From an uncultured Actinomycetales bacterium (GTDB taxonomy: Bacteria; Actinomycetota; Actinomycetes; S36-B12), in assembly GCA_913063435.1 (NCBI GenBank), contig CAJXYI010000003.1, forward strand, positions 14,243 through 78,242: a DNA stretch of 64,000 nt, written 5' to 3'. Positions 1 to 11,683 of the stretch are shown piece after piece. The notes below the pieces were generated by a model. The model saw nothing but the letters and a program-made list of their open reading frames with translations, did not search any database and was not told the DNA's origin. Each line of letters opens with the position of its first letter. The first letter of the stretch is position 1. Both the position numbers and the translations under genes were made by a program.

Positions 1-146
1 ATGATCGCCAGACGGTGCAGGGCCTGACCGTGCACGCGATCGACGCCGAGCGTGGACTGATCCTGGTCAAGGGTGCGGTTCCCGGCCCCAAGGGCGGCCT
101 GGTGCTGATCCGTTCAACGAGCAAGGCAGAGGCGGTGACCGCATGA
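1..146 (+). CDS. rplC: 50S ribosomal protein L3, C-terminal fragment (5' end off-window)
   Basis: Frame 3 reads ...[21 protein letters not shown]... and ends at TGA 144-146, overlapping the rplD ATG. Position is immediately upstream of rplD. Confidence 0.85.
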   Translation, partial: DRQTVQGLTVHAIDAERGLILVKGAVPGPKGGLVLIRSTSKAEAVTA

Positions 147-832
147 GCACCGTCGACATCAAGACACCGACAGGTGGTACATCCGGCACGGTGGATCTCC
201 CAGCGGAGATCTTCGATGTGCAGGTCAACGTGCCGCTTATCCACCAGGTTGTGGTGGCGCAACTGGCGGCAGCCCGCCAGGGGACGCATGACACCAAGAC
301 CCGTGGTGAGGTCCGTGGTGGCGGCAAGAAGCCGTACAAGCAGAAGGGCACCGGTCGCGCCCGCCAGGGTTCTACTCGCGCCCCGCATTTCGCCGGTGGT
401 GGCACTGTGCACGGCCCCACGCCTCGCTCCTATGACCAGCGCACCCCGAAGAAGATGAAGGCTGCTGCGCTGCGCGGTGCACTGTCCGATCGCGCTCGTG
501 AGAATCGTGTTCACGTCGTCAGCGGGGTCGTCGAAGGCGACACCCCGGCGACCAAGGCCGCGGCGACGATGCTGGCCACGATCAGTGATCGCCCCAATCT
601 GCTGCTGGTCGTCACCCGTGAGGATGAACTGACCTGGTTGAGTGTCCGCAACCTGGTGAACGTCCACGTGGTTGCCCCCGATCAGCTCAACACCTACGAC
701 GTGCTCGTCAGCGACGACGTCGTCTTCACCTCCGCTGCGTTCGAGGAATTCATCGCCGGCCCGGCACGCGGGCGTGGCGCGAAGGCCGTGGCCACCGCGT
801 CGGAGGCCGAATCTGTGGAGGTGAGCGCATGA
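143..832 (+). CDS. rplD: 50S ribosomal protein L4
   Basis: 229-aa ORF with [19 protein letters not shown] motif; S10-operon order L3-L4-L23-L2. Confidence 0.97.
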   Translation: MSTVDIKTPTGGTSGTVDLPAEIFDVQVNVPLIHQVVVAQLAAARQGTHDTKTRGEVRGGGKKPYKQKGTGRARQGSTRAPHFAGGGTVHGPTPRSYDQRTPKKMKAAALRGALSDRARENRVHVVSGVVEGDTPATKAAATMLATISDRPNLLLVVTREDELTWLSVRNLVNVHVVAPDQLNTYDVLVSDDVVFTSAAFEEFIAGPARGRGAKAVATASEAESVEVSA

Positions 833-1128
833 AGATCGCCGATCCCCGAGACATCCTGCTCGCTCCGGTCATCTCGGAGAAGAGCTATGGACTGCTCGAC
901 GAGAACAAGTACACCTTCCTCGTCGCGCCGCACGCGAACAAGACCCAGATCAAGATCGCGGTCGAGGAGGTGTTCGGCGTGAAGGTGGTCGCCGTCAATA
1001 CCGCCAACCGTGACGGCAAGCGAGTTCGCACCCGTCGTGGCTTCGGCCGTCGGGTGGCAACGAAGCGCGCCATCGTGTCGGTGGCTCAAGGTGAGCGCAT
1101 CGACATCTTCGGCGGACCGGTCAGCTAG
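829..1128 (+). CDS. rplW: 50S ribosomal protein L23
   Basis: 99-aa ORF; ATGA overlap with rplD; typical L23 sequence and position. Confidence 0.96.
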   Translation: MKIADPRDILLAPVISEKSYGLLDENKYTFLVAPHANKTQIKIAVEEVFGVKVVAVNTANRDGKRVRTRRGFGRRVATKRAIVSVAQGERIDIFGGPVS

Positions 1129-1157
1129 GCCCGGACGAGACGACAGGACGAGACGAC

Positions 1158-1994
1158 ATGGCAATCCGCAAGTACAAGCCGACGACGCCCGGGCGGCGTG
1201 GGTCGAGTGTGGCCGACTTCGTCGAGATCACCCGATCCGAGCCGGAGAAGTCCCTGCTCAAGCCGCTGTCCAAGAAGGGCGGCCGCAACAACTCCGGCCG
1301 CATCACCACCCGGCATCAGGGCGGCGGTCACAAGCGCGCCTACCGAGTGATCGACTTCCGTCGCGCCGACAAGGACGGCGTGCCCGCGAAGGTCGCGCAC
1401 ATCGAGTACGACCCGAATCGCACAGCGCGGATCGCGCTGCTGCACTTCGCCGATGGTGAGAAGCGCTACATCCTCGCTCCGCGTCTGCTCAAGCAGGGCG
1501 ATCGGGTGGAGACCGGTCCTTCGGCCGACATCAAGCCCGGCAACAACCTCCCGTTACGCAACATTCCCGTCGGCACGGTCATCCATGCCGTCGAGCTGCG
1601 TCCCGGAGGCGGGGCGAAGATCGCTCGCTCGGCCGGTGCCAGCGTCCAGCTCGTCGCCAAGGATGGTCCCTACGCCCAGTTGCGTATGCCATCCGGGGAG
1701 ATCCGCAATGTCGACCTGCGTGCACGAGCGACGGTCGGCGAGGTGGGCAACGCCGAGCAGAGCAACATCAACTGGGGCAAGGCCGGACGCATGCGTTGGA
1801 AGGGCCATCGCCCGACCGTCCGCGGTGTGGCGATGAACCCCGTCGATCACCCGCACGGTGGCGGCGAGGGCAAGACCTCCGGTGGTCGTCACCCCGTGAA
1901 CCCGGCCGGCAAGCCCGAGGGTCGCACTCGCAAGGCCAAGAAGGCCAGCGACAAGTTCATCGTCCGTCGCCGCAAGACCGGCAAGAAGCGCTAG
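1158..1994 (+). CDS. rplB: 50S ribosomal protein L2
   Basis: 278-aa [18 protein letters not shown]..., [16 protein letters not shown] motif. Confidence 0.98.
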   Translation: MAIRKYKPTTPGRRGSSVADFVEITRSEPEKSLLKPLSKKGGRNNSGRITTRHQGGGHKRAYRVIDFRRADKDGVPAKVAHIEYDPNRTARIALLHFADGEKRYILAPRLLKQGDRVETGPSADIKPGNNLPLRNIPVGTVIHAVELRPGGGAKIARSAGASVQLVAKDGPYAQLRMPSGEIRNVDLRARATVGEVGNAEQSNINWGKAGRMRWKGHRPTVRGVAMNPVDHPHGGGEGKTSGGRHPVNPAGKPEGRTRKAKKASDKFIVRRRKTGKKR

Positions 1995-2005
1995 AGGAGT
2001 CGATC

Positions 2006-2287
2006 GTGCCGAGGAGTCTGAAGAAGGGCCCGTTCGTCGATGACCATCTGTTGAAGAAGGTCGAGACGGCGAATGAAGCCAAGAGCAATCAGGTCATCAA
2101 GACCTGGTCGCGTCGCTCGATGATCGTGCCGGCGATGCTCGGACACACCATTGCCGTGCATGACGGGCGCAAGCATGTGCCGGTGTTCATCACCGAGCAG
2201 ATGGTCGGGCACAAGCTCGGCGAATTCGCTCCCACACGCACCTTCAAAGGCCACGTCAAGGAAGACCGCAAGGCCAAGCGCCGCTGA
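2006..2287 (+). CDS. rpsS: 30S ribosomal protein S19
   Basis: GTG at 2006 gives 93 aa, (M)[17 protein letters not shown]... The track ORF from 1796 is an upstream in-frame extension overlapping rplB. Confidence 0.95.
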   Translation: MPRSLKKGPFVDDHLLKKVETANEAKSNQVIKTWSRRSMIVPAMLGHTIAVHDGRKHVPVFITEQMVGHKLGEFAPTRTFKGHVKEDRKAKRR

Positions 2288-2365
2288 CGCGGCCGTCCTA
2301 GACCGCGGTCAGCGACACCACTACACACACGCTAAGACGCACGACACGAGAGCAAGGGGAAAGCG

Positions 2366-2731
2366 ATGGAAGCCAGGGCCTCAGCGCGGTTCGTCCGTGT
2401 CACGCCCATGAAGGCGCGCCGGGTTATCGACCTCATCAGGGGTCTGCCGGCCGCGGAGGCTCAGGCCGTTTTGCGGTTCGCACCGCAGGCGGCCAGTGAG
2501 CCCGTGGGCAAGGTGCTCGATAGTGCCATCGCGAACGCCACCAACAACCTCAGTCTCGATCCGCGGACCCTGGTGGTGGCCAAGGCCTACGTGGATGAGG
2601 GTCCGACGATGAAGCGGTTCCAGCCGAGAGCTCAAGGCCGTGCCTATCGCATCAATAAGCGCACCAGCCACATCACGGTGATTGTGGAACCGGCGCCAGA
2701 CAGGGCCGAGACCGGCGCGAGGAAGGGCTGA
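2366..2731 (+). CDS. rplV: 50S ribosomal protein L22
   Basis: 121-aa [23 protein letters not shown]...; operon position. Confidence 0.96.
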   Translation: MEARASARFVRVTPMKARRVIDLIRGLPAAEAQAVLRFAPQAASEPVGKVLDSAIANATNNLSLDPRTLVVAKAYVDEGPTMKRFQPRAQGRAYRINKRTSHITVIVEPAPDRAETGARKG

Positions 2732-2734
2732 GCA

Positions 2735-3526
2735 ATGGGTCAGAAAATCAATCCGAAGGGCTTCCGCCTCGGCGTGACCACCGACTTCGCGTCGCGCTGG
2801 TTCGCCGACAGCACCAAGCCCGGTCAGTCCTACCGCGACTATGTCAAGGAAGACGTGGCGATCCGGAAGTTGCTCACCGAGGGCATGGAGCGGGCGGGCA
2901 TCTCGCGCGTGGAGATCGAGCGGACCCGAGAGCGGGTCCGCGTGGATATCCACACCGCCCGTCCCGGCATCGTGATCGGCCGCCGAGGCGCGGAGGCTGA
3001 TCGCATCCGCAGCGAACTCGAGAAACTCACCGGCAAGCAGGTTCAGTTGAACATTCTCGAGGTCAAGAACCCCGAGATCGATGCGCAGCTGGTCGCCCAA
3101 GGCGTCGCCGAGCAACTGTCCAGCCGAGTCTCCTTCCGGCGAGCGATGCGCAAGGCCATGCAATCGACGATGAAGGCTGGCGCCAAGGGGATCCGGGTTC
3201 AGGTATCCGGTCGCCTCGGTGGAGCGGAAATGAGTCGCACCGAGTTCTACCGCGAGGGTCGGGTGCCGTTGCACACCCTGCGTGCGGACATCGACTACGG
3301 CTTCTATGAGGCACGCACCACTTTCGGCCGGATCGGCGTGAAGGTCTGGATCTACAAGGGTGATGCCCCCACGACGCGCGCTGAGCGCGAAGCCGCTGCC
3401 GCAGCATCGCGCATGGGCCAACGTCAGCGTCCGGATCGCCCGCGCCGCGGCCCGCGTCGCGACGAGGGCGATGCACCCGCCGAGGGGACGACCGCGAGCG
3501 CGACGAGCACTGAGAGCGAGGGCTGA
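2735..3526 (+). CDS. rpsC: 30S ribosomal protein S3 (with basic/acidic C-terminal extension)
   Basis: 263-aa [16 protein letters not shown]..., KH-domain region. Confidence 0.97.
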   Translation: MGQKINPKGFRLGVTTDFASRWFADSTKPGQSYRDYVKEDVAIRKLLTEGMERAGISRVEIERTRERVRVDIHTARPGIVIGRRGAEADRIRSELEKLTGKQVQLNILEVKNPEIDAQLVAQGVAEQLSSRVSFRRAMRKAMQSTMKAGAKGIRVQVSGRLGGAEMSRTEFYREGRVPLHTLRADIDYGFYEARTTFGRIGVKVWIYKGDAPTTRAEREAAAAASRMGQRQRPDRPRRGPRRDEGDAPAEGTTASATSTESEG

Positions 3527-3531
3527 CGACC

Positions 3532-3954
3532 ATGCTGATTCCGCGTAGGGTCAAGCACCGCAAGCAGCACCACCCCACCCGGCGTGGTGTAGCCAAGGGC
3601 GGCACCGAGGTGACGTTCGGCACGTATGGCCTGCAGGCTCTGGAGCCGGCCTATGTGACGAACCGTCAAATCGAGTCCGCACGTATCGCCATCACCCGCC
3701 ACATCCGTCGTGGTGGCAAAGTGTGGATCAATATCTACCCCGATCGTCCGCTGACGAAGAAGCCCGCCGAGACCCGCATGGGTTCGGGCAAGGGTTCACC
3801 GGAGTGGTGGGTTGCGAATGTCAAGCCCGGCCGCGTGATGTTCGAGTTGTCCTATCCCAATGAGCGCACCGCGATCGAGGCGCTCACCCGTGCGATGCAC
3901 AAGCTGCCCATGCGCTGCCGCATCGTCCGCCGCGACATCACGAGGGAGGACTGA
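3532..3954 (+). CDS. rplP: 50S ribosomal protein L16
   Basis: 140-aa [16 protein letters not shown]... Confidence 0.97.
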   Translation: MLIPRRVKHRKQHHPTRRGVAKGGTEVTFGTYGLQALEPAYVTNRQIESARIAITRHIRRGGKVWINIYPDRPLTKKPAETRMGSGKGSPEWWVANVKPGRVMFELSYPNERTAIEALTRAMHKLPMRCRIVRRDITRED

Positions 3955-4190
3955 TGGCTGCCGGTACATCATCACAGGAGTTCCGTGGCCTGACCGAAGA
4001 AGAGTTGGTCACCAAGTTGCGCGAGGCCAAGGAGGAGTTGTTCAACCTCCGCTTCCAGGGTGCCACGGGTCAACTCGAGAACCACGGCCGTCTTCGTGCC
4101 GTCCGCAAGGACATCGCACGGATCTACACCGTGATGCGCGAGCGTGAACTCGGTATCACTCCGATCGAGACCGTCGGTGGTGCGGCATGA
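3954..4190 (+). CDS. rpmC: 50S ribosomal protein L29
   Basis: 78-aa ORF; TGATG overlap with rplP; ...[14 protein letters not shown]... Confidence 0.95.
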   Translation: MAAGTSSQEFRGLTEEELVTKLREAKEELFNLRFQGATGQLENHGRLRAVRKDIARIYTVMRERELGITPIETVGGAA

Positions 4191-4474
4191 GCGAAACAGG
4201 TGAGATGACTGTGAACGTGGACGAGCGCAACGACCGCAAGGAGCGCGAGGGGTACGTCGTCAGCGACAAGATGGATAAGACCGTCGTCGTCGCTGTCGAG
4301 GACCGGTTCAAGCATCCGTTGTACGGCAAGGTCGTGCGCCGCACGAGCAAGCTGAAGGCCCATGACGAGGCCAATGCCTGCGGCGTTGGTGATCGTGTCC
4401 TTCTCATGGAGACCCGACCGCTGTCAGCGACGAAGCGCTGGCGCGTGGTGGAAATCCTCGAGAAGGCCAAGTAG
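4187..4474 (+). CDS. rpsQ: 30S ribosomal protein S17
   Basis: 95-aa ORF; ATGA overlap with rpmC; ...[18 protein letters not shown]... Confidence 0.95.
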   Translation: MSETGEMTVNVDERNDRKEREGYVVSDKMDKTVVVAVEDRFKHPLYGKVVRRTSKLKAHDEANACGVGDRVLLMETRPLSATKRWRVVEILEKAK

Positions 4475-4506
4475 CACCTGAGACATCAAGGAATCGGAGT
4501 CTTGAA

Positions 4507-4875
4507 GTGATTCAGCAGGAGTCGCGACTACGTGTCGCCGACAACACCGGTGCAAAGGAACTGTTGTGCATCCGGGTTCTCGGTGGATCGGGCCGTCGCT
4601 ATGCGGGAGTGGGCGACATCATCGTCGCCACCGTCAAGGACGCTATCCCCGGTGGCGGCGTCAAGAAGGGCGAGGTCGTCAAGGCCGTTGTGGTGCGCAC
4701 CCGCAAGGAACGCCGTCGCCCGGATGGCTCCTACATCCGTTTCGACGAGAACGCCGCCGTGATCCTCAAGGGCGATGGCGAGCCTCGAGGCACGCGCATC
4801 TTCGGCCCCGTTGGTCGTGAACTGCGTGAGAAGCGGTTCATGAAGATCATCTCGCTCGCACCGGAGGTGCTGTAG
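4507..4875 (+). CDS. rplN: 50S ribosomal protein L14
   Basis: 122-aa ORF, GTG start, (M)[17 protein letters not shown]... Confidence 0.97.
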   Translation: MIQQESRLRVADNTGAKELLCIRVLGGSGRRYAGVGDIIVATVKDAIPGGGVKKGEVVKAVVVRTRKERRRPDGSYIRFDENAAVILKGDGEPRGTRIFGPVGRELREKRFMKIISLAPEVL

Positions 4876-4877
4876 TC

Positions 4878-5240
4878 ATGCCCAAGATGTTCGTCAAGAA
4901 GGGTGACCGTGTCCAGGTCATCTCCGGCAAGGACCGGGGCGTGGTCGGCAAGGTCATCGATGTGTACCCGGACACCGAACGCGTGATCGTCGAAGGTGTC
5001 AACCGGGTCAAGCGTCACGCGAAGGTCGGCCAGAGCACCCGTGGCACCAAGACCGGCGGAATCATCACCATGGAGGCCCCGATCCATGTCTCCAACGTCA
5101 TGGTGATCGATCCCGAAGACGAGCGGCCCACGCGGATCGGCTACCGCAAGGAGAAGGCCGAGAAGCGCCGTTCGGATGGCTCGACCTACGAGGTTGTGCG
5201 CAACGTTCGGATCTCCAAGCGCACCGGTAAGGAGCTGTAG
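4878..5240 (+). CDS. rplX: 50S ribosomal protein L24
   Basis: 120-aa [18 protein letters not shown] (KOW motif). Confidence 0.95.
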   Translation: MPKMFVKKGDRVQVISGKDRGVVGKVIDVYPDTERVIVEGVNRVKRHAKVGQSTRGTKTGGIITMEAPIHVSNVMVIDPEDERPTRIGYRKEKAEKRRSDGSTYEVVRNVRISKRTGKEL

Positions 5241-5244
5241 AACC

Positions 5245-5814
5245 ATGACCACCACCGCTGTCGAACGTGTGGCACCGCGCCTGCGGACTCGCTATCGCGA
5301 CGAGATCGTGCCGGCGTTGCGCGAACAGTTCGGCTACCCCAACATCATGCAGGTCCCGACCGTTACCAAGGTCGTGGTCAACATGGGCGTGGGCGAGGCT
5401 GCGCGCGACTCGAAGTTGATCGAGGGTGCCGTCAGGGATCTCACCGAGATCACCGGCCAGAAGCCCGTCGTCACCCGCGCCCGCAAGTCGATCGCCCAAT
5501 TCAAACTGCGCGAGGGCATGCCCATTGGTGCCCACGTGACCCTGCGCGGCGATCGCATGTGGGAGTTCCTCGACCGTCTGCTGTCCATAGCGCTGCCACG
5601 AATCCGTGACTTCCGCGGTCTTTCGCCCAAGCAGTTCGATAGTCGCGGCAACTACACCTTCGGCCTGACCGAGCAGTCGATGTTCCATGAGATCGATCAG
5701 GATGCGATCGACCGCGTGCGCGGCATGGACATCACCGTGGTCACGACCGCGTCCAATGACGACGAGGGGCGGGCGCTACTGCGTCTGCTCGGATTCCCTT
5801 TCAAGGAGAAGTGA
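5245..5814 (+). CDS. rplE: 50S ribosomal protein L5
   Basis: ATG 5245 gives 189 aa, [23 protein letters not shown]... The track ORF from 5176 overlaps the rplX end. Confidence 0.95.
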   Translation: MTTTAVERVAPRLRTRYRDEIVPALREQFGYPNIMQVPTVTKVVVNMGVGEAARDSKLIEGAVRDLTEITGQKPVVTRARKSIAQFKLREGMPIGAHVTLRGDRMWEFLDRLLSIALPRIRDFRGLSPKQFDSRGNYTFGLTEQSMFHEIDQDAIDRVRGMDITVVTTASNDDEGRALLRLLGFPFKEK

Positions 5815-5815
5815 G

Positions 5816-6001
5816 ATGGCGAAGAAGGCGCTGATCAACAAGCAGCAGAGCAAGCCGAAGTTCGCCGTGCGCGGTTACACCCGCTGCACCCGGTGCGGGC
5901 GGCCGCACTCGGTGTATCGCAAGTTCGGTCTGTGCCGAATCTGCTTCCGCGACATGGCGCACGCCGGCGAACTCCCCGGGGTCACCAAGAGCAGTTGGTG
6001 A
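5816..6001 (+). CDS. rpsN: 30S ribosomal protein S14 type Z (zinc-binding, CxxC...CxxC)
   Basis: ATG 5816 gives 61 aa, [16 protein letters not shown]...[20 protein letters not shown]... Confidence 0.95.
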   Translation: MAKKALINKQQSKPKFAVRGYTRCTRCGRPHSVYRKFGLCRICFRDMAHAGELPGVTKSSW

Positions 6002-6126
6002 TCTGAGCAAGCGACACAACGAGCACCACACCAGACAACCGAAGACCAATCCAGCCGAGAAACACGACGACATCGAAGGTCTCCTCGATAGCCGAGGGGA
6101 AACCACGGTGAGAAGGGCCGATGGCC

Positions 6127-6525
6127 ATGACGATGACCGATCCGATCGCAGACATGCTGACGCGTCTGCGCAACGCGAATTCCGCGTATCACGACACGGT
6201 GGTGATGCCGTATTCGAAGCTGAAGGCCGGAATCGCTGCGATCCTCCAGCAGGAGGGCTATATCGCGGGCTTCCATGTCGACGAGGCTGAGGTCGGCAAG
6301 AACCTGGTGCTGGAGTTGAAGTTCGGTCCCAGTCGAGAGCGGTCCATCGCCGGACTGCGTCGCGTCTCCAAGCCGGGCTTGCGCGTGTATGCCAAGAACA
6401 CCGCGCTGCCCCGGGTCCTCGGTGGTCTCGGTGTCGCCATTTTGTCCACGTCATCCGGCCTACTGACCGATCGTCAGGCCGCCAAGCAGGGTGTAGGCGG
6501 GGAAGTCCTCGCCTACGTCTGGTAG
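6127..6525 (+). CDS. rpsH: 30S ribosomal protein S8
   Basis: [17 protein letters not shown]...; GAAGGG at 6112-6117 is 9 nt upstream of ATG 6127. The track start 6121 is only 3 nt from it. Confidence 0.93.
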   Translation: MTMTDPIADMLTRLRNANSAYHDTVVMPYSKLKAGIAAILQQEGYIAGFHVDEAEVGKNLVLELKFGPSRERSIAGLRRVSKPGLRVYAKNTALPRVLGGLGVAILSTSSGLLTDRQAAKQGVGGEVLAYVW

Positions 6526-6538
6526 GGGAGGGGCGAGC

Positions 6539-7078
6539 ATGTCACGCATCGGACGACTTCCGATCACCATCCCCTCCGGGGTCGAGGTCACCATCGACGG
6601 CTCTGAGGTCACCGTGAAGGGACCCAAAGGCACCTTGAGCCACACCATCCCCGCGCCGATCACGGTGGCGCGCAACGACGACGGCACCATCGAGGTCAGC
6701 CGTCCCGACGACGAGCGAGAGTCACGTGCACTCCACGGCCTGACTCGCACACTGATCGCCAACATGGTCATCGGGGTCAGCACGGGATATGAGAAGACCA
6801 TGGAGATCGTGGGTACCGGCTACCGCGTGGCGGCCAAGGGCAGCGACTTGGAGTTCGCGCTCGGCTACAGCCATCCGGTTCTGGTCAAGGCCCCCGAAGG
6901 CATCGTCTTCACCGTCGAGTCACCGACGAAGTTCAAGGTGTCCGGTATCGACAAGCAGGCCGTGGGTGAGGTCGCCGCCAAGATCCGCAAGATCCGCAAG
7001 CTCGATCCCTACAAGGGCAAAGGCGTGCGATACGAAGGCGAAGTAGTTCGCCGCAAGGCCGGAAAGGCGGGTAAGTAA
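6539..7078 (+). CDS. rplF: 50S ribosomal protein L6
   Basis: 179-aa [20 protein letters not shown]... Confidence 0.97.
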   Translation: MSRIGRLPITIPSGVEVTIDGSEVTVKGPKGTLSHTIPAPITVARNDDGTIEVSRPDDERESRALHGLTRTLIANMVIGVSTGYEKTMEIVGTGYRVAAKGSDLEFALGYSHPVLVKAPEGIVFTVESPTKFKVSGIDKQAVGEVAAKIRKIRKLDPYKGKGVRYEGEVVRRKAGKAGK

Positions 7079-7461
7079 TGACCGCGTTCGCACCCAAGAT
7101 CGGATCAGGCAACCCCCGGACCACAGCCCGTGCTCGGCGACATCTGCGCGTGCGCAAGAAGGTCTCCGGTACCGCCACACGTCCGCGTCTGGTCGTCACA
7201 CGTTCCGCGCGCCACATCGTCGCCCAGGTCATCGACGACACTGCTGGGCGCACCCTGGCCTCGGCGTCGACCATGGAAGGCGATGTGCGGGGCATCTCGG
7301 CGGACAAGACCGCTCGATCGCGAAAGGTCGGCCAACTCGTTGCCGAGCGTGCCAAGGCTGCCGGGGTCGAAACCGTGGTGTTCGATCGCGGCGGCAATAC
7401 CTATCACGGCCGCGTCGCTGCTGTCGCAGACGGCGCCCGCGAGGGTGGACTGGAGTTCTGA
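7078..7461 (+). CDS. rplR: 50S ribosomal protein L18
   Basis: 127-aa ORF; TAATG overlap with rplF; ...[28 protein letters not shown]. Confidence 0.96.
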   Translation: MTAFAPKIGSGNPRTTARARRHLRVRKKVSGTATRPRLVVTRSARHIVAQVIDDTAGRTLASASTMEGDVRGISADKTARSRKVGQLVAERAKAAGVETVVFDRGGNTYHGRVAAVADGAREGGLEF

Positions 7462-7530
7462 GATGAGCGAGCAGGTACGAGACATGAGCACCAAGTCCTG
7501 GCAAGCGGCACGGAGAGGTGGAACCGCACA

Positions 7531-8148
7531 GTGAATGCAGGTCAGTCAACGCAGGGCGCCCAGCGTCGAGGCTCGGGCGGTTCGGGCGGTTCCGATCGCC
7601 GGGAGCGTCGCGACCGGGGGCCGCGCGAGGAGAAGAGTGCATTCCTCGAGCGTGTCGTCACGATCAACCGAGTCGCCAAGGTCGTCAAGGGTGGTCGCCG
7701 ATTCAGCTTCACCGCCCTGGTGGTCGTCGGTGACGGCGACGGACAGGTGGGTGTCGGTTACGGCAAGGCCAAGGAGGTTCCTGCCGCGATCGCCAAGGGT
7801 GTGGAGGAAGCCAAGAAGAATTTCTTCAAGGTGCCGCGCATCCAGGGGACTATCCCCCATCCCATCACCGGCGAGGATGCCGCGGGAGTCGTCATGCTGC
7901 GACCAGCCTCGCCGGGTACAGGCGTGATCGCCGGTGGACCTGTGCGCGCGGTACTCGAATGCGCGGGTATCCACGACGTGCTGAGCAAGTCTTTGGGCTC
8001 GGATAATGCCATCAACATCGTGCATGCGACGGTTGCGGCGCTGAAGGGTCTGGAACGACCCGAGCAGGTTGCCGCTCGCCGTGGTCTGCCGTTGGAGGAT
8101 GTCGCGCCAGTAGCGCTGCTGCGCGCACGGGCAGGAGGGGAATCGTGA
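7531..8148 (+). CDS. rpsE: 30S ribosomal protein S5 (Arg/Gly-rich N-terminal extension)
   Basis: 205-aa ORF, GTG start, ...[29 protein letters not shown]... Confidence 0.95.
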   Translation: MNAGQSTQGAQRRGSGGSGGSDRRERRDRGPREEKSAFLERVVTINRVAKVVKGGRRFSFTALVVVGDGDGQVGVGYGKAKEVPAAIAKGVEEAKKNFFKVPRIQGTIPHPITGEDAAGVVMLRPASPGTGVIAGGPVRAVLECAGIHDVLSKSLGSDNAINIVHATVAALKGLERPEQVAARRGLPLEDVAPVALLRARAGGES

Positions 8149-8330
8149 GCGTTCGATTGCAGGTGACCCAGAAGAAGTCTCGGATCGGTGGGACCCAGAG
8201 CCAGCGTGAAACGCTGCGATCCCTCGGTTTGAAGCGCATCGGTGACACCGTGGTGAAGGAGGATCGCCCCGAGATCCGGGGAATGATCAACACGGTGTCC
8301 CATCTCGTCGCCGTCGAGGAGGTCGACTGA
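8145..8330 (+). CDS. rpmD: 50S ribosomal protein L30
   Basis: 61-aa ORF; GTGA overlap with rpsE; typical L30 sequence. Confidence 0.94.
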   Translation: MSVRLQVTQKKSRIGGTQSQRETLRSLGLKRIGDTVVKEDRPEIRGMINTVSHLVAVEEVD

Positions 8331-8331
8331 C

Positions 8332-8772
8332 ATGCCGTTGAAGGTCCATCATCTGCGCCCAGCACCGGGTGCTCGCACCCCTAAGACCCGCAAGGGCCGT
8401 GGCGAGGCGAGCAAGGGAAAGACCTCAGGCCGCGGTACGAAGGGCACGAAGGCTCGCTACCAGGTGCCGGCACGCTTCGAAGGCGGCCAGATGCCGCTGC
8501 ACATGCGCCTGCCCAAGTTGAAGGGCTTCACCAGCCCGAATAAGACCACCTACCAGGTCGTGAACGTCGCGACCCTCGCCAAACTGTTTCCTGAGGGCGG
8601 CGACGTCGGGGTTGCGGACCTCGTCGACAAGGGCGCGGTCCGCAAGGGACAGCCGGTGAAGGTCCTCGGTCAAGGCGAGATCGGTGTGGCGATCCAGGTG
8701 GCGGTGCATGCCTGCTCCGACGCGGCTCGGGCCAAGATCACCGCGGCCGGTGGCAGCGTCGAGACGGTCTAG
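8332..8772 (+). CDS. rplO: 50S ribosomal protein L15
   Basis: 146-aa ORF, ...[17 protein letters not shown]... Confidence 0.96.
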   Translation: MPLKVHHLRPAPGARTPKTRKGRGEASKGKTSGRGTKGTKARYQVPARFEGGQMPLHMRLPKLKGFTSPNKTTYQVVNVATLAKLFPEGGDVGVADLVDKGAVRKGQPVKVLGQGEIGVAIQVAVHACSDAARAKITAAGGSVETV

Positions 8773-8945
8773 TCCCGAGGTAGTCCCGATGTAGTCCCGA
8801 TGGGGCGGCTCGTCACCTGACGCACCTAGGTTAGGCTGCCCAGGAGCCCGTCCCAGCCCAGCGGTTCGTGGTTTCCACGCGACACGCCGGGCATCGATAA
8901 CGGTCGAGCCTCTTCCCGTGAGGGGGGATGCTCCAGGAGGTAGGC

Positions 8946-10244
8946 GTGCATCTGAGCGCTTTCATCGCAGCGTTCCGGACCCCGGACCTGCGAAAGAAGC
9001 TGCTGTTCGTGCTGGGGATGATCACCATCTTCCGGCTCGGATCGTTCGTGCCGACCCCTGGCGTGGACTATTCCGCGATCCAGCGCTGTATCGACACGGT
9101 CCAGGACAACTCCGTCTACGCGGTCATCAACCTCTTCAGCGGGGGCGCGCTCCTGCAGTTGTCGGTCTTCGCGCTCGGCATCATGCCGTACATCACCGCC
9201 AGCATCATCATTCAGTTGCTGACGGTGGTTATCCCGCGCCTGGAGCTGTTGAAGAAGGAAGGCCAGACCGGTCAGGCCAAGATCACCCAGTACACCCGTT
9301 ATCTGACGATCGGTTTGGCGATCCTGCAGTCCACGGCGATCCTGTCGCTGGCGCGGACCCCGGGCCAGTTGTTCACCGGGTGCAACGAGCAGCTGATTCC
9401 CAATCAGAACGTCTTCTTGATCCTGGTCATGGTCATCGTGATGACCGCAGGCACCGCGGTGATCATGTGGCTGGGCGAACTCATCACCGAGCGGGGCGTC
9501 GGCAACGGCATGTCGCTGTTGATCTTCACCTCGATCATCGCCACTATCCCCGCGCAGTTCGCCAGCGTCTACGGCAGCCGCGGCACCTTCATCTTCATCG
9601 TGACGTTGGCCGTCGCCCTCGTGGTCTTGTCCCTGGTGGTGTTCGTCGAGCAGGGGCAGCGACGGATTCCGGTGCAGTACGCCAAGCGCATGGTGGGCCG
9701 CAAGATGTACGGCGGGACATCGACCTACATCCCGCTGAAGGTGAACATGGCCGGTGTCATTCCGGTTATCTTCGCCTCGTCGATCCTGTTCATCCCGACC
9801 CTGGTTGTTCAGTTGACCGGAAGCCAGGCAGACTGGGCCCAGTGGGTGGCAACGAACTTCTCCACGGGCACTACGAACGTCTATCTGGCGACGTTCTTCC
9901 TGCTGACGGTGTTCTTCACCTATTTCTACGTCTCGATTACCTTCAATCCGGTCGACGTCGCGGACAACATGAAGAAGTACGGCGGGTTCATTCCCGGAAT
10001 CCGCGCGGGTAAACCCACCGCCGACTACTTGAAGTACGTGCTCGATCGACTCACCGCGCCCGGCTCCCTATACCTCGGCGCCATCGCCGTTATGCCGGTT
10101 CTGGCCTTCAACTTCATCGGTATCGGAGACCAATTCGTCTTCGGCGGAATCAGCCTCCTCATCATGGTGGGCGTCGGCCTGGACACGGTCAAGCAGATCG
10201 ACGCGCAACTGCAGCAGCGCAATTACGAAGGGTTCCTCCGCTGA
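8946..10244 (+). CDS. secY: preprotein translocase subunit SecY
   Basis: Polytopic membrane ORF. GTG 8946 is 5 nt after AGGAGG (8935-8940) and gives (M)HLSAFIAAFRTPDLRKKLLF... The track start 8928 is 6 codons upstream. Confidence 0.94.
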   Translation: MHLSAFIAAFRTPDLRKKLLFVLGMITIFRLGSFVPTPGVDYSAIQRCIDTVQDNSVYAVINLFSGGALLQLSVFALGIMPYITASIIIQLLTVVIPRLELLKKEGQTGQAKITQYTRYLTIGLAILQSTAILSLARTPGQLFTGCNEQLIPNQNVFLILVMVIVMTAGTAVIMWLGELITERGVGNGMSLLIFTSIIATIPAQFASVYGSRGTFIFIVTLAVALVVLSLVVFVEQGQRRIPVQYAKRMVGRKMYGGTSTYIPLKVNMAGVIPVIFASSILFIPTLVVQLTGSQADWAQWVATNFSTGTTNVYLATFFLLTVFFTYFYVSITFNPVDVADNMKKYGGFIPGIRAGKPTADYLKYVLDRLTAPGSLYLGAIAVMPVLAFNFIGIGDQFVFGGISLLIMVGVGLDTVKQIDAQLQQRNYEGFLR

Positions 10245-10807
10245 TGCGCCTGGTGATCATGGGCCCACCCGGTGCCGGCAAGGGGACGCAGGCCACAGTC
10301 GTCGCGACCACGCTGGGGATTCCGCACGTGTCGACCGGTGACCTGTTCCGCGCCAACGTGGGCGAGGGAACCGCGCTGGGCCTGGAAGCCAAGCGGTACA
10401 TGGACGCCGGCGAATACGTCCCCGACTCGGTGACGAATGGGATGGTGCGCGACCGCATCACGCAGCCGGATTGCCACCCGGGATTCCTGCTCGATGGTTA
10501 TCCGCGCACCCTCGAGCAGGTCAACGAGCTCGACATGATGCTCGCGGCGGCATCGCAGTCGGTCGATCGGGTCGTGGAACTCACCGTCGACACCGACGAG
10601 GTGGTCGATCGGCTGCTCAAGCGGGCACAGGAACAGGGCCGCGCCGATGACACCGCTGATGTGATTCGTCGTCGCCTTGAGGTCTATGCCGAACAGACTG
10701 CGCCGCTGACGGCGGTGTATGCCGGTCGCGATCTGCTCGTGCGCGTGGATGGGATGGGTGAGGTCACCGAGGTGACCCGTCGTATCCTGGCCGCCCTGTC
10801 CGACTAG
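10244..10807 (+). CDS. adk: adenylate kinase
   Basis: 187 aa, P-loop GPPGAGKGTQ; TGATG overlap with secY. Confidence 0.96.
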   Translation: MRLVIMGPPGAGKGTQATVVATTLGIPHVSTGDLFRANVGEGTALGLEAKRYMDAGEYVPDSVTNGMVRDRITQPDCHPGFLLDGYPRTLEQVNELDMMLAAASQSVDRVVELTVDTDEVVDRLLKRAQEQGRADDTADVIRRRLEVYAEQTAPLTAVYAGRDLLVRVDGMGEVTEVTRRILAALSD

Positions 10808-10821
10808 AGGCGAGGCCATCG

Positions 10822-11607
10822 ATGTTCTTTCAACGCCAGCGGATCGAGATCAAGACACCGGGTGAGATCGATGCGATGCGTGCGGCAGGTCTGGTCGTCG
10901 CCCGCGCTCTGGCCGAAGTCAGCCAGATTGCGGCGAACGGGGTCACGACCGCGGAACTCGATGAATGTGCGGCCGACATCATCGCCGAAGCGGGAGCGCT
11001 TCCGTCGTTCCTCGGCTATCACGGCTTTCCGGCGCACATCTGTACATCCATCAACTCCGAGGTCGTGCACGGGATCCCCGGGCCGAGCGTGTTGCGCGAT
11101 GGCGATGTGGTGTCGGTCGATTGCGGAGCGATCGTCGATGGGTGGCATGGGGATGCGGCTGTCACGATCGCCATCGGCACCGTCGACCCGGCGATCGAGA
11201 GGCTGAGCGAGGTCACCGAGGGTGCGTTGTGGGCCGGCCTTGCTGCCGCCCGACCGGATGGGCGGTTGTCGGATATCGGCCACGCTGTGCAGACGCATGT
11301 CGAGGCTGCAGGGGATTTCGGCATCGTCGAAGATTATGTCGGGCATGGGATCGGTTCTTCGATGCACATGGATCCGCCTGTGCCCAATTACGGACGACCC
11401 GGTCGGGGGCCGCGACTGGTGGCGGGGATGGCGTTGGCGGTGGAGCCGATGGTGACATTGGGTGCCCCGATGGTGCATACCCTCGACGACGACTGGACGG
11501 TGGTGACCGACGACGGTTCGGTGGCGGCCCACTGGGAGCACACCGTGGCCATCACCGACAGCGGCGCGTGGGTGCTGACAGCTCTCGAGGACATCCGCCT
11601 CCCCTAA
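10822..11607 (+). CDS. map: type I methionine aminopeptidase
   Basis: 261 aa, ...NSEVVHGIPG...DCGAIVDGWHGD...HGIGSSMH... Confidence 0.95.
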   Translation: MFFQRQRIEIKTPGEIDAMRAAGLVVARALAEVSQIAANGVTTAELDECAADIIAEAGALPSFLGYHGFPAHICTSINSEVVHGIPGPSVLRDGDVVSVDCGAIVDGWHGDAAVTIAIGTVDPAIERLSEVTEGALWAGLAAARPDGRLSDIGHAVQTHVEAAGDFGIVEDYVGHGIGSSMHMDPPVPNYGRPGRGPRLVAGMALAVEPMVTLGAPMVHTLDDDWTVVTDDGSVAAHWEHTVAITDSGAWVLTALEDIRLP

Positions 11608-11620
11608 CCCGTCCCCTCCT

Positions 11621-11683
11621 CGTCTGAGTTACCCGAATGGTCGCTAACTCACTGGGTTAGCGACCATTCGGGTAACTCAGACG
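11621..11683. repeat. Palindromic intergenic repeat, copy A (28-bp arms, 7-nt loop)
   Basis: CGTCTGAGTTACCCGAATGGTCGCTAAC-TCACTGG-GTTAGCGACCATTCGGGTAACTCAGACG. Near-identical copies lie at 28419-28481 and 55454-55518. Confidence 0.9.

Noticed and set aside
1796-2005. Upstream in-frame extensions in the ORF track. Affected genes: rpsS, rplE 5176, rpsN 5687, infA 11850, rplM 16845, glmS 19221, acpS 21199, alr 23146, tsaB 25954, aldehyde DH 39783, coxM/L/S, guaA 53192 and sucC 62638.
   Set aside because: The extensions overlap the preceding gene and lack homology to the family N-termini. Internal ATG/GTG starts give canonical N-termini and lengths.
2381-3421. 346-aa ORF antisense to rplV/rpsC. 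Similar long antisense ORFs occur at 13028-13831, 11649-12560, 25435-26577, 33744-34916, 53264-54562 and 58689-60242.
   Set aside because: All lie opposite well-supported conserved genes. They are Arg/Gly/Pro/His-rich with no recognisable motifs. They are the expected stop-codon-poor antisense frames of a ~65% GC genome.
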